The notes beneath the pieces are model-generated. The model worked only from the letters and a program-made list of their open reading frames with translations. It had not been told where the DNA came from and searched no databases. From the NCBI GenBank assembly GCA_964016885.1, contig OZ024750.1:52142001-52206000 (forward strand): 64,000 nucleotides of DNA. The letters run 5' to 3'. Shown here in pieces: positions 31,374 to 45,476 of the stretch (positions are counted from its first letter, which is position 1; the number at the start of each line of letters is the position of its first letter). The position numbers and the translations under genes were made by a program. Source of the DNA: Eledone cirrhosa (Eukaryota).

Positions 31374-31822
31374 TTGTAACGTCTGGCTACTGTAGGTTCA
31401 CCAGAGTGGGCACTCGATACGTAGTTTCCAGTAGGTATAGAAGTGTAGAACTAAGCACAGTGTAATAATAATTATTATTATTTCTACTTTTGGCACAAAG
31501 CCAGCAATTAACTCAGTACATTACTGGTACTTTATTTTATCGACCCCCGTAAGGAAGAAAGGCAAAGTTAACCTCGGCGGGATTTGAACTCAGACCGTAA
31601 AGGGGCGTAACTCTGCCCATCGAACGATTTGTTATATCTTCATTACGTTTACTTAGTAGTAACGCGCATTTCGTTGTTGATCAGCTCAATGTTCGATCTG
31701 TATCGATCTAGCGCGACTCTGGAATCAAAAGCTCGTCGGACCACAGCAGAGGCATTGAGCTGATCAATAGCGAAATGCGCGTTACTACTCAATAAACGTA
31801 ATGAAGACCTAACAAATCGTGC
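31370..31822 (-). mobile_element. pLTR (homologue of 4250-4545) with hammerhead 31655-31746, inverted arm 31753-31822, split by a SINE (31478-31620)
   Basis: Reverse complement of 4325-4545; fold-back arm visible. Confidence 0.75.
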
Positions 31823-31908
31823 TTTAATGGGTGTATAAGCTTTTATTAATGTATTTCTCTCGTGCTTTAATGGGTGTATAAGCCTTTATTAATGTAATTC
31901 TTCTTCTA

Positions 31909-32095
31909 GGGCGGTGGATTGGCAGTATCGGTAGAGGGTCGGACGCCATGCTTTCCAGCATAGTTACGCCCCTTTACGGTATGAGTTCAAATCCCGCCGA
32001 GGTTAACTTTGCCTTTCATCCTTACGGGGTCGATAAAATAAAGTACCAGTAATGTACTGGGTAATTGATGGCCTTCTGCCAAAAGTGGAAACAAT
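31909..32095 (+). mobile_element. tRNA-derived SINE, full copy
   Basis: GGGCGGTGGATTGGCAGTATCGGTAG...GAGTTCAAATCC... Confidence 0.9.
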
Positions 32096-32549
32096 GTATT
32101 TCTCCGAAAAATCTCAACAAAGACTGAAACTCGTATCAAGCTGTTCATGTTTCAATCTACGGAGATAAATATATAAATGTGTATGTTTACACACACACAT
32201 CTCTCGCATCTTGGGGGTTAAAGCTTGTACTATATAATCTTGTGTGCGCAACACGTTTTTAGAATGAAATATCGTCTTGTCTATACAAGGTTCTCTCTTC
32301 TCATATTCTGATTATTTCTGACCTTTTAATTTTGCTCTTTAAAATGTATCGATAAAGATTATATATTGACTTAAGTATACTAGAGATAATAAACGTATCG
32401 TTATCTATGTATTCGTGGTTTTGTAACAGTGATGGCGGGACGGGACGTACACTCCCATAGGAGGGGTCGGCCTGAATATTATGGAGAAACTAATTTATGA
32501 ATTATTACATATCTTTTTAAACACCCAATGTGTTTTTATATTGAAGGGA

Positions 32550-33530
32550 TACATCAAATGTTAATTTGTTGGGATTCAACAAGCTTAAAAATGTTTATAA
32601 CTGTAATTTCCACTATCCAGGAAGCTCCAACCGTTAAGGTTGTCTTTTTTCAGGCTATGTCAATATTTATTTATAAGACTAGTTCTCCTTTTATGAATGA
32701 AAATTACTCCTGCATGGCCTGCTCATGTGTATATATATATTTATTAATATTTTGAAGTAATATATATATATGCAAAAGTTTTATTTAAAATTGTTGGGTT
32801 ACAAGTAAATATTTTATAACTGGTATAAAGCACTCGACAAGTTTTTTGAGTAGATATACGATATTAAACAAATGGAAACTATATTTATAAAACCATAATT
32901 TATTTCATTATACATATTTCAGGGATACCATATAAAAAATATGGCATGCCTTCGTCAGATAAAATACAATATATAAACAGATTTATAAATAATTTTGACG
33001 TACCATAAATATAAGCGACCATTAAGGTAGGAAGCTGGCGTAATTTTGACGTACCATAAATATAAGCGACCATTAAGGTACCAAGCCAGCTTCCTACCTT
33101 AATGGTCGCTTATATTTATGGTACGTCAAAATTATTTATAAAACTGTTTATATATTGTATTTTATCTGACGAAGGCATGCCCTATTTTTAATATGGTATC
33201 CCTGAAATATGTATAATGAAATAAATTATGGTTTTATAAATATAGTTTCCATTTGTTTAATATCGTATATATATATATATGCAGAGGTTATATTTAATTT
33301 GTTGGGATTCAACAAGCTTAAAAATGTTTATAACTGTAATTTCCACTATCCAGGAAGCTCCAACCGTTAAGGTTGTCTTTTTTCAGGATATGTCAATATT
33401 TATTTATAAAACAAATCTGTATTGTATTTTATCTGATGAAAGCGTACCATAATTTGCCTTGGCGGCCCTTGAAATATGTGTAATAAAATAAATATGGTTT
33501 TATAAATATAGTTTCCATTTGTTAATATAT
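32550..33530. mobile_element. Cluster of AUA-hammerhead pLTR units, including a ~185-bp-arm fold-back (32855-33040 / 33085-33270)
   Basis: Hammerheads at 32901-32966(-), 33158-33223(+), 33425-33490(+). Confidence 0.8.
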
Positions 33531-33566
33531 TGTATATGTATATGTATGTGTGTGTGTGTGTGTGTG

Positions 33567-33748
33567 TGTCGTCACATGGTACCATGGGCCCAGCACTGTG
33601 TCAATAATTGTCACAAGTGTAGTGTTTGTACCAGAGTTTTCAAGTCGCTGGCTGGACTAAAAAGTCACTCGTTCAGCGCATCGGTAGGGGTTCTCCTACA
33701 TGGATATAAAGTAGTGGTCGTACTCGAAAACGAGTTGGCAGCCACCAT
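33567..33748 (+). mobile_element. 3' fragment of the non-autonomous RTE derivative
   Basis: Matches 2305-2490. Confidence 0.85.
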
Positions 33749-34378
33749 GTATGTATGTATGTATGTATTGCCTCGTGTTTTGTTTGTTTCATTTATTAAC
33801 TATATATATATATTATATATAGTGTGTGTGTGTGTAAATAGTTGGTGTTGCTGAGATCGAGGAGACCATTAATCTTGTGAGTACTCGATGCTTCGGGAGA
33901 TGTAGAGTTGTTATAGAGATGTGTGTGTGTGTGATAACATATATAATGACACAATGCTTAGAGGAAAGTCATAAAATCACTTATATCAACACAAGTGGAT
34001 AAGTTCCTTCAGAATGAAAATATAAACAGAACATATAAATAAATTTACAGTAGAATAACATAACAAATATGTTTTAAATATATACATAAATAACATTACA
34101 AATGCCTCGGTAACACTACAAAGGATGATATAATGAAAGATATATTCCTTCAATGCTACAATATGAACGAAAATGTAAAAGAAGGGGTGAACACCAGAGC
34201 AAAAGACAGCAACGAGGAGTACTGGGCAACCTCGCTAATGATTTTTGAGGCAAGCCAGCACACTCGCAGCGTTGCCTCGGGTGATGGCGAGGCTGATGCG
34301 CTGAAACAGCCAAGCACCCTCGCGAAATTCGCCAGTCACCTCTATTAGGCGAGCCGCCAGTGAGGAAAGGAACCTCAC

Positions 34379-34434
<56 letters not shown>

Positions 34435-34654
34435 ATGTATATGAACTTAATATATATATATATATATGTATACATACATATGTATATGTGTGTCTGTATA
34501 AATATGTTTAAAAAAAACATGACAATAAAAAAAAAAAAAAAGAACATTACAAGACTCCCATACCAACGTACACTATACAATTACCGATTCCCCTCTCCCG
34601 CATATTCCTGCTCATTTATTATTTGGGACCCGAGAGTAAGTGGAGAAAAGTGTG

Positions 34655-35200
34655 TCGCGTGGCTCGGTGGTTTGGGTGTTAGGTCTCGTATGTAAGGTCA
34701 TGTGTTCGATTCCCGGGCCAGACATTTTATCTAATGTTGTTCCAGTCCACTCAGTTGGCAAAGATGAGTTGTGACGACACTGGTGCTATCGGTTTTTGCT
34801 TTTTTTTTTTTTTTACCTTGGACAACATCGTTGGCGTCGAGATGTGTGGCATGTGCTGGTCTTTCATAAAACACCTTGCCCAGGCTTGCAGTTGGGGTGG
34901 CAACTCTATGGTCAGTCATGATCGAAGGTGTCCTTATACACAAAAGGATACGCATATAATCTTTTTGCCAAGTTCATTTGTCAGTATTTGAAATATGGGT
35001 GCTGGCAAGTTTGGTACTTATTTTATCGACCTCGTTTTGTCGAACCCTTTGCTTCCAAGACAAAGTCAAACAGTAGATGTCAACATAGTCACGAACACAC
35101 GCTTTTCCTGTCTACCAAATTCCACAAGACATTGGTCAACCCTAGGCCATAGTAGCAGTCCAAACCCTTGCCCAAAGTGCTGGGCAGTGAACCTGAAACC
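34655..35200. mobile_element. Old tRNA-headed SINE fragments
   Basis: GTGGCTCGGTGG..GTTCGATTCCCGG A/B boxes followed by degenerate SINE bodies. Confidence 0.55.
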
Positions 35201-35389
35201 AGAATTTCTATTACACACACATCACTCTCTCTCGTGTGTGTAATTCATTCATTACTTGCCAGTAATTCTCCTCCTAAAGCTATTAATTACTCTCTTTTGA
35301 GACAACTCATAGCTGATAGAATCTATTGGACAATTAATTTAACCTTTGTATTCACTGCTGAAATTTAAGGTAGGATTCAATGACTATTG

Positions 35390-36435
35390 TACCCACACAC
35401 TCTCACCCTTTCTACATACCCACACACTCTCACCCTTTCTACATACCCACACACTCTCACCCTTTCTACATACCCACACACTCTCACCCTTTCTACATAC
35501 ACACACACTCACCCTTTCTACATATCCACACACACACTCACCCTTTCTACATATCCACACACACTCTCACCCTTTCTACATATCCACACACACTCTCACC
35601 CTTTCTACATATCCACACACACTCTCACCCTTTCTACATATCCACACACACACACACACATACTCTCACCCTTTCTACATACCCACACACACTCTCACCC
35701 TTTCTACATACCCACACACTCACCTTTTCTACATACCCACACACTCACCTTTTCTACATACCCACACACACTCACCTTTTCTACATACCCACACACTCTC
35801 ACCCTTTCTACATACCCACACACTCTCACCCTTTCTACATACCCACACACACACTCACCCTTTCTACATGCCCACACACTCTCACCCTTTCTACATATCC
35901 ACACACACTCACCCTTTCTACATATCCACACACTCTCACCCTTTCTACATACACACACACTCTCACCCTTTCTACATATCCACACACACACCCACACACA
36001 CTCTCACCCTTTCTACATATCCACACACACTCTCACCCTTTCTACATATCCACACACACTCTCACCCTTTCTACATATCCACACACACTCTCACCCTTTC
36101 TACATATCCACACACACACACACACATACTCTCACCCTTTCTACATACCCACACACACTCTCACCCTTTCTACATACCCACACACTCACCTTTTCTACAT
36201 ACCCACACACTCACCTTTTCTACATACCCACACACACTCACCTTTTCTACATACCCACACACTCTCACCCTTTCTACATACCCACACACTCTCACCCTTT
36301 CTACATACACACACACTCTCACCCTTTCTACATATCCACACACACTCTCACCCTTTCTACATATCCACACACACACTCACCCTTTCTACATATCCACACA
36401 CACTCTCACCCTTTCTACATACACACACTCTCACA
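35390..36435. repeat. ~25-35-bp minisatellite (CA)nCTCTCACCCTTTCTACATA(C/T)C
   Basis: Directly visible, roughly 37 copies. Confidence 0.95.
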
Positions 36436-38489
36436 CACAAAAACTTACATCCTCACACTCAAAGACACACTTGACACTGTTGAGAGAAATATAGAGGAAA
36501 GTGATATATGTTATAACATAAAGTCCTGGTTAGTCTTAATCCAGAAGACCTATGACACGTGCTACTCCAAATACACTTAGTCTCTGTTAACTGTAAGGCT
36601 ACACTACCATTTCATAATGTTTGTAGGTATCATTCAGTACACCACCCCATGACTGAAGTATCTATGGCTCATTTCAGTTATTTCTCCTTAGCTCTGGCAT
36701 GCTGAAGTTATTTTATATTGCACAATAAAATGCACCGAGTACACTCTGCAAAGTAGTGTTGGTGCCACGATAAAATGCACCCATTACACTCTGTAAAGTA
36801 GTTGTCAATAGGAAGAACAGTAAAAACCATGTCAAAATATTGAATAATACCATATTCTTAGCACTGATTCTTTTACCATTAGTTATTAAGTATGGAAGTT
36901 ATTGCATGTGATTAATGTAAAGAGCCATTAAGAGTTAACATGAATTGAACCCACAACCTTCTAATTGTGAGTCCAACACACTAACTACTAGACTTGCCTG
37001 TAGGTCAGTTCTAATTTACTTAGTTAATAATTTCATAAAATATTCGGTAGGATTTTTAACCTTTTACAAACCAAAATTTTACTGTAACAAGTAGCCCCTC
37101 CTCCCACCAAAAAATAACATAGTCCTGAAAAGTACCAGTGGCAACCTTGATCCCATGTTACACAGTCTTGTTATATCTGTTAATCTAATTTTCTCTTTCA
37201 TCTGTAACCTTAACAGTTTCTAATATCCTGAGTTGTCCTTCATTAATTAGAACCACTAAAATATTCTGTAATATAATTCTGATAATTTCTTTTAAATGTT
37301 AACATACCAAGAGATATAACATTCAACATCCATCATTAAATGTTAAGTTTGTTTTTAACATTTTTTTTATCATGAATGGAATAGTTTCTACAATTTTGGA
37401 CATTTGGTGGCATGGCTGTATGGTTACGAAGTTCACTTCACAATTATGTGTTCTCGGGTTCTATTTCACTGCAATGTCTGCTGCTTTAACTTAAAGCTGA
37501 ACAAAGCTTTGTGATTTAAAAAAAAATTCAGAGCACCTAAGAGCCACTCAAGAAAGGCTAAGGAGTTGTACCTGGCCCCAGAGCCACAAGTTTTTGACGC
37601 CTGGTCTATAGTCAACAGGCTATAAAATGTTTCTGCTTATTTAGCTTTTTATTTAAAGAAATATTGTAAAGAGTATCAAATTCTTTTGGTAAAACATGTT
37701 TGAAATATTTCTAGTTGATAAACACTTTCAAATGAAAATACCTTGCTAATATCTTGAACATAAAAGGAAGTAAATTGTTCAATGAAACTCTTTGGGGTGG
37801 TCGATGTTTTAATGAATGGAGGAGCAAGGTATTTTTACACATTTGTATTCTTGAAAACCAGGTGAGGATATAAAATTATGTTGTGACCAACTTCTCAGAT
37901 TTGGTCACACAATACTGTGAATAGTGTTTGTGAGTGCACACACACACACACGCACGCACGCACGCGCACCCAATAAAAAAATCTGAGGCCATATTCATTT
38001 GGCTCAGGTTTATTAAAATCCGCTATATATATTTCACTGAGGACTATCGGTTATGACGGCCTGAGCCCCTCAGACGGTAAACCTATATTTTTATGAAATT
38101 TCATTAAAAAAACTTTTGTTTGGAAGAGGTTTACTTTTCTTGACACACGCACAACGCATGTAAATGAATAGAATTTAAGAAATATTTGAATTGGTCCTCA
38201 CTTTTTGGCACACTCAGTAAAAATTTAATTTTGTTTATTGTGAAATGAAAGGAATCACTTATTGTGTATGAATTTACAACCCACACATATGCAGGTTTAG
38301 CTTGTTCTTCATCAAGTAGCATATACTATTTTTTTTTTTTTTTTGTTTTAACGATAGGAAACCCCAGTCCTATCATGAAAAGCAATGTGAAATAATTTCT
38401 TGTTTGAGAACACAACACAATACCCAGTCCAGGAATCAAATCCATGACATGATGATTGAAAATCTAATACCCTAATAACTAGACCACTG

Positions 38490-39490
38490 TAATCTCCTGT
38501 CCGCTCTCACCTTCTCTTTACCTTGGACATCACCTCTTTCTATACCGTCATCCCTCGCAATGACAGCCTCCACTCTCTCCAACACTTTTTGGACCTACGC
38601 CCTACTCCCAGCACTCCCACTCTTTTCCGTCTTGCTGAGCCTGTTCTGACCTTCAATGGGTTTTCCTTATCCTAAGAGTTTTACCAGCAGGTATCTGAGG
38701 TAGCCATGGGGACCAGAATGGGCCTGAACTATGCCAAATTGTTTGTTGGCTACGTTGAGGCCCAGATCTTCTCCCAGTACACTGGACCTACCCCTGAGCT
38801 ATACATTTGTTATATCGATGACTGTATCAGCACCACCTCTTTCTCCTTTGTCCAGTCTTTTCATCCCACTCTCACATTCACCACCTCCGTCTCCAGTTCT
38901 TCTGTCCAATTTATCAACTTCTCTCTCTCTATCAATCACACCCACCACACTTTCTCTACTTCCATCTCCTACAAATCCACTGACTCCCACTCTTACCTCG
39001 ACTTTACCTCCTCCCACCTCACTCACACCAAATTCTATACCTTACTCCCAATTCTTCCGTCTTTGTCAGTTCTGCAGTCTCAATGCTTCTCACTTCATCC
39101 AGCGTGGATATCCTCCCACTGTCATTCAAGCTGCTCTTAACCTCGCTTGTAATACTGGCTGCACCACAGCCCTTTCACTGTTCTTGCATGCGCTATTACA
39201 CCTGCCCCTAAATAACCAGCCTCACCACACTCACTGGTACGAACCATTCCTTTTGCATTCTCAACTCCTTCACTTATACCTCCACCAATGTCATCTATGC
39301 CCTGCGGTGTTCCCTTTGTGGGTCTATCTACATTGGACAGATAAGCTGTGGACTGGCCTAACATCTTAAGGACATACGACTAGGTAAAGACACTCCTGTC
39401 TCAAGCCTCTTTTTACACAACAGATCCACTGCCAGGACCAAGCAGAACTTAATTTTCCGCTTTGGAACATCTTTCCCATATGGCCTCAAT
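38490..39490 (+). mobile_element. Degenerate Neptune-type Penelope-like element (RT + GIY-YIG)
   Basis: LFTLDITSFYTVIP, VAMGTRMGLNYA, YICYIDD, YKSTDSHSYL, SIPYSQF, NVIYALRCSLCGSIYIGQ, LIFRFGT..PYGLN. Confidence 0.85.
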
Positions 39491-39986
39491 CCCCCCCCCC
39501 CCCCATATTTCCTTTAATCTCCCTTTACCCTTTCTCTCACAATACACACCCACATTTACCACATTCGTATTTATATACCACTCCACACACATCTACTTCT
39601 GCATACACCTAACCATTCACCCTACGCTTTTGGATGTGTGCACACACATATGCACCTGCCGCACACAGACTATCTCTGAATAAAAACATTGCTACAGAGA
39701 GGACTCTTTAATCCTCATTTCATTCCCAGTTACCCTTTTCAACTAAATCAATTTTCCAACAGATCTTCCATTACAAATATTCCCTTCCAGATTGCTATAC
39801 AGTGACAATAACAATCAAGAGATAGATGTTTATACTTAACCCATTACTATTTACATTATATATACTACTAGCAGCTGAGCCCAGTTGCACCCGGGGTCAC
39901 TTTTTATTAAGTTAATAATTTGAAAAATATTATTGAAGTTTATTATAAAGAAGCAGTTTCAGGAAAAAAAATAGAAATATGCACTT

Positions 39987-40110
39987 GGGGCTGGATGGCG
40001 TACAATGAGAAGTGGAGGGGCTGGACGGCGTACAATGAGGAGTGGAGGGGCTGGACGGCGTACAATGAGGAGTGGAGGGGCTGGACGGCGTACAATGAGG
40101 AGTGGAGCGA
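39987..40110. repeat. Four 30-bp tandem units GGGGCTGGACGGCGTACAATGAGGAGTGGA, possibly inside a Helentron/DINE-like element starting ~39866
   Basis: The repeat is visible; ACTAGCAG..CCCAGTTGCACCCGGG upstream resembles DINE-like subterminal ends (weak). Confidence 0.7.
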
Positions 40111-41894
40111 CGTGAAAAGCGTTGTTTATTAACAGTGAAATAGCAATGTCGATGATATGCAAGTTTGAAAATGCAGATTATGAAGGTGTGCATGATAGTT
40201 TACACTTTGATTGCCCTGGTCAGCAAGAGGGGCCTCTATATATTAGACGTTTATTAGAAGAGGAGGAAATAACTAACCCCAGTATTAGAACAGGGGGTTC
40301 GCAATGTAAGGGTTTTATTTCTTTTGTTAGAAAACAGTGACCTTTTTCGGTTTGGCATTTCGTAAAATTCTACTGCAGAATCGATTTCATAAAATGGTAC
40401 TGTATGATCGTTATAGAAGTATTTAAATTTAATATAGAGCAACTGTAATTTGAAAAATGAAAATGAAACATACTGTAGAAGGTTAAAGTGCATATTATCA
40501 CTTGAACATTTTAATCTAGCTCTCGGGCTCCAGGTTAGGAACCACTGACCTAGGTTGTTGGTTTTTAACTCCAGGTCAGCTTTAACCCATATGTATAATC
40601 AAGGATGTTCTAGCCATGACCATCTTAACATTTTTGATGATGATGACGATGTAGTCCAGTGTATTCTTTATTTAACCCTTTTAGTACCAAACTGCCTAAA
40701 ACTGTTTCTACACTAGTAAGCTGTTTAATCTAAACTGTTTATCATCATGTATACCTTTGTTAAATTATGGTCCAAATAGCAGCTAATGAGAAAGTTATTT
40801 TACAAAATCCCTCCAGGTTGATTATTTTCAATTTTTTTTGAAAATTATTGGTGTTTCGGGAAAGATTCACAGAGCAGGTTTTAGGGGCAAGATGGTTGGC
40901 TAACAGCTCTAGGCTTGGTTGGTCTCAGTTGTTTCTGATAGGATCCTCTGGAAGGTAAGTCTGAGGACTTTTCCTCCATGATCCACTCAGGAATAGGTAG
41001 GTGAAGGAGAAAATAGTGACTTTTGTTCAAAATATGGTAACAAAAGGCTTTATATGTGATTATAGGGAGTTTTGGATGCTGTTTCTAGCAGGTCTAGTGA
41101 CCATGTAGAGGCTTTCCGTTGTTGACACATCAAGGTAGACCTAAGAAAGACAGTGACAGTTGAACAGTCTCTACTGTGATGTACACCATGACAGGAGTGT
41201 TGACAGGTTACATGACAACTTTCTGTCTTCAGTCTAACTTTGATTTGTTGATAGAAACTATTTTCTACAATACATGAGATTATCAAGTTTTATAGCAGAT
41301 TGTCTCACCTCACCATAAGCATATAGTCCAGTGTTTAGGGTGTTGGACTCTCATGCTTATAAGGCTGTGGATTCAATTACTAAACAAGGACAGCATGTTG
41401 TGTTCTAGAACACCATTTCACATGTCATGGTAGGACTATGGTCGCTATCATTAAAGTGCCCTCGAACTCTATGCAATGCAGTCACATAGATCAACTAAAT
41501 CTACATACACTTATAACATCATTCTTGTCTTTTATAACCCTCCTTAGGCTACTTTGAAACAAGGCATCCTCCACAAAATAGAGAGGATTCCTCAGTCAAG
41601 TCAATGACAACCTCCTTAGTGGTAGTGCCATGATAAAATGTACCCACTATACTCTAAAGTGGTTGGCAAACTTGTTAAAGGTTGAGGTGACATGACAACA
41701 TTGGTATTGCTGGTGCCACAATAATACTCTGAAATAGTTGGTGATAGGAAGGACATCTACTTGTTGAAATTACACCTAAACGAGAACGTTTACAGATATA
41801 GCCCCCAGCTTTGTTTAGAAAAACTGTAACGTAAGTATTGATTATGTCTGATCATCCAACCAACACATGCCATCATGGAAACTGTTGAATGATG

Positions 41895-42073
41895 ATAATT
41901 GTTTCTACTTTTGGCACAAGGCCAGCAATTACCCAGTGTATTACTAGTACTTTATTTTATCGACTCTGTAAGGATGAAAGGCAAAGTTAACCTTGGCGGG
42001 ATTTGAACTCAGAATGGCAATGGCCGTAACTCTATGCGTCAAAGCATGGCGTCCGACCCTCTACCGATACTGC
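41895..42073 (-). mobile_element. tRNA-derived SINE
   Basis: Reverse-complement copy. Confidence 0.9.
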
Positions 42074-44292
42074 GAATTGAAGATATATGTGTGTATGTGT
42101 ATCCAATTTGTTTCTCATTTGCATGGCTGGAATGTTTTCTTTTAGTCATTGCTTTTACCAATGTACTTTATTAACTCTATCCAACAGAAATATTATCTAA
42201 GACCTTCCTACCATGACCATCACTTTTTTTGTATAGAGGTGATGTACATTATATATATTTTGACTTGTGGCAATGTTTTGTTCTTATGAATGGCAATAAA
42301 AGATTTTGTGTCTGAAAATGTTTTAAATTGTTGGGTGCCAATTTAGTTTTCAGGAGGTGTGTGTGTGTATATATATCATTTCATTTTGCGTCCGCTTTTT
42401 CCCTGCTTGCAAGGGTGGGACGGGAACTGATTCTGGCTTGATTTCTATAGCTGGATACCCTTCCTAGCACCAACCTCATTTACAGTGAGTGGTGGGTGTT
42501 TTTTGACGTGGCACCTCCACGTCCACTTTACAGTGTGGGCTGGGTTCTTTTTTGCCGTGGCACCTCCACGACCACTTTGCAGTGGAATGATATGGACCCC
42601 AGTCCCTATCATCTCATTTCTACAGCTGAGTAAACTGGAGCAATGTGAAATAAAGTGTCTTGCTCAAGGAAACAACACACCACCCTGTCTGAGGATTGAA
42701 CTCACAACCTTTCGATTAAAAAATGTCTGCTTTCTATGCTGGTACCTGACATGAGTTAGATGGGTTGTCACAGTCTGAGAGAATACATGGTACCTAGATT
42801 TTGTGCATACGTTCCATATTTTGGCATAGTTTCTGTAACTGGATGTCCTTCCTAATGTCAACCACCTTACACACACATGTAGTGAGATATGCTGCCAATT
42901 AAACACATATATATATGAAAAAAAAAAAGTCACAAGTGCCTAAAATCATACAAAATGAATAAAAAATATGGCTGAAGACGAGAAAAATGAACAAAACACA
43001 GACAATCCCATATCATTAGTCGCTAGAGATGTGTTGTGTTGTTGCTTTGATACAGCTGGCTTCAATGCACAAAATGGGCACAAAACAAGACAGTCTTTCA
43101 TTTATTTACAAATAAGATGCAATATACTACAAACCAATATGCACTGTAACTGAAAGGTAGAGATAGACCGAGTTTTGGTCACTAATGTTTTTCATTGAAG
43201 GTTACAATGAAAGAAACTGACACAACACCATTTATGTTTTATTAAAAAATATTTGTTTGTAGAGGTGAAGTGTCTAGTCTTCTTAGACCTTCATACTAAG
43301 CTATATAATTGAGATTAGTGTAGTTAATGTGCTGCTTCGATTGTTGAAATATTAAAGGTGTGGGGATTAGCAGTGTTTTGGAGAAGAGGTAATTGTCTCG
43401 AGTAGGTTTAAGTGAGAGGTTCCTGATGAACAGAGGTGTGTCCAAAACAAAGCTATCCATTGTGTGAAAAGGGATAAGATCTTTTGACCTTTCATTGTGT
43501 CTCTTTGAAACTCATAAAATGTTTTCACAGGAATTCCATGAGTGTAAAAAACATTTTATTAGTTAACTATATTGAGTGCTCTTCATTTTGATATATGAAA
43601 CCTGTTTGATCACTTGAAGAGACTCACTGAACCACAGGCATTTTGTTTATGTCGGACATAAACAAATGTTACCGCTGTGTCATGTGTGATGCAAATACAC
43701 AGGAGACAAACTCATGCAAACACTAATACACTCGTGCTTCAAACTCGATATTCGAGATGACTTTATATGTATGTATATGTGTATATATAAATATGTATCT
43801 GTTAGACACGCAGTGACTAACAATGTTTTAAGTCTGCGTGTTCTGACATACATGCGTAGCTTGTGAATAAAAGATTCAAGGGATATCGCTGGCCGTGGTG
43901 ATCCCTCCCAAACATCTTTTGTATAATGTATCGTCTTATTGGCTAATCAACCAACAAGAGTAATTGTTGCTCAAAAGCATCCACCACTTTGTTTGCACAT
44001 TTATTTATCGTTTCGCTTTCGAATCTTCCTCCAGTATTTTATCGTTTATCATCAAAATATTTTTCTCGTTTTGGTAAGTTATATTGTTAATTTATATATG
44101 ATTTTTTTAAACTTTATATTAACTATTAAAAGTCTGAAAATATTTTTATACATCTTACAATAATATTTATAAGATCATTTATAAAATAACAATATTATAA
44201 TCTAATTACATTACAATGATAATTTATTATTAATATATATCATGTTTAACTAGAGTTACAAGCGTTACCTTAAAAAAATATTAAGCTAGACA

Positions 44293-44719
44293 TGCGCAAG
44301 GTCAAAAGAGCCACAGAATGTTATAATAAACCTTCAAAAGTGTAGGACTAGAGTTGTTGCTCAAAAATATTGTAATCATTATCTATCGTACACTCTGTGG
44401 CATCCTTTTATAAAAAGAAAAAAAGAGACTCATAACGAACTCAAGACGACACGATAATTATTTAAGTGAATTTATAATATAGAATTCGGTTTAAGTGCAT
44501 TTCGTATTAATCATTACTAAACATCTAATATGAGATATTGAACACCGGCTTAAATAATTATTGTGTTGTCTTGAGTTCGTTATGATTCTTTTTTTTTTTA
44601 TAAAAGGATGCCACAGAGTGTACGATAGATAATGATTACAATATTATTGAGCAACAACTCTAGTTCCACACTTTTGAAGGTTTATTATAACATTCTGTGG
44701 CTCTTTTGAGCTTGCGCAT
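44293..44719. repeat. Fold-back: ~175-bp inverted arms with an ~82-bp spacer
   Basis: 44293-44466 is the reverse complement of 44549-44719 with few mismatches. Confidence 0.9.
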
Positions 44720-44869
44720 TTTTCAGGTCTAGTATGTATATATGTATGTACATGTATTTGTTTATATATATGTATATACTCTTACCTGTTTCAGCCATCC
44801 GGCTGAGGCCATGCTGAGGCACTTCCCTTGTTACTACACATTCTATCTCCAGCCTGCATTGGCTGGCCA

Positions 44870-45115
44870 TTGATGTAGGAGGGATTTTGTTGCTACTGTC
44901 CTTAGGTTACCTTCGTACTGTGCTGTGTCCACACTATGCACATCTCTCAAATTTCTTGGCAGCTTATGGAAGAGTTGAGGGCTTTTGAACTCCAGGCTAT
45001 TGCAATATCTGCTCCTTATTCTAGATGTGAAAGACAGGCCCTTTGGCACCACACAATGACATCCTGATCAAGAGTTGGACTAGCTCTCAATGCCAAAGCT
45101 TAGTGCTAGTCCACC
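44870..45115 (-). mobile_element. Old CR1-like LINE 3' fragment
   Basis: SRYCNSLEFKSPQLFHKLPRNLRD..TKSLLHQ resembles CR1-group C-termini. Confidence 0.5.
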
Positions 45116-45136
45116 CAAGATGTATATTTATATATA

Positions 45137-45320
45137 ATAATTGTTTCTACTTTTGGCACAAGGCCAGCAATTATCCTAGTGCATTACTGGTACTTTTTAT
45201 CGACCCCATAAGGATGAAACGCAAAGTTAACCTCGGCGGGATTTGAACTCGGATTGTAAAGGCCTGTAAGTCCATGCTGCAAAGCATGGCATCCGACCCT
45301 CTAACGATACTGCCAATCCA
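45137..45320 (-). mobile_element. tRNA-derived SINE
   Basis: Reverse-complement copy. Confidence 0.9.
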
Positions 45321-45476
45321 TGTAAACATGAGCGGAGGTGGTGAGAGCAGACCTCAGATCGCTGAAGCTCACGGTGGAGATGAAGAAGGACCATGACAAG
45401 TGGAGAGATGCTGTTCTGAATAGGACCCGTCCCACCCTTGCAAGCAGGGAAAAGCGGACGTAAAATGATGTATGTA

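Noticed and set aside
31909-32000. tRNA gene
   Set aside because: A and B boxes are present but continue into a shared SINE body and tail in about ten copies; no clean cloverleaf.
35346-36580. 364-397 aa His/Thr-rich ORFs in three frames
   Set aside because: Translations of a CA-rich minisatellite.
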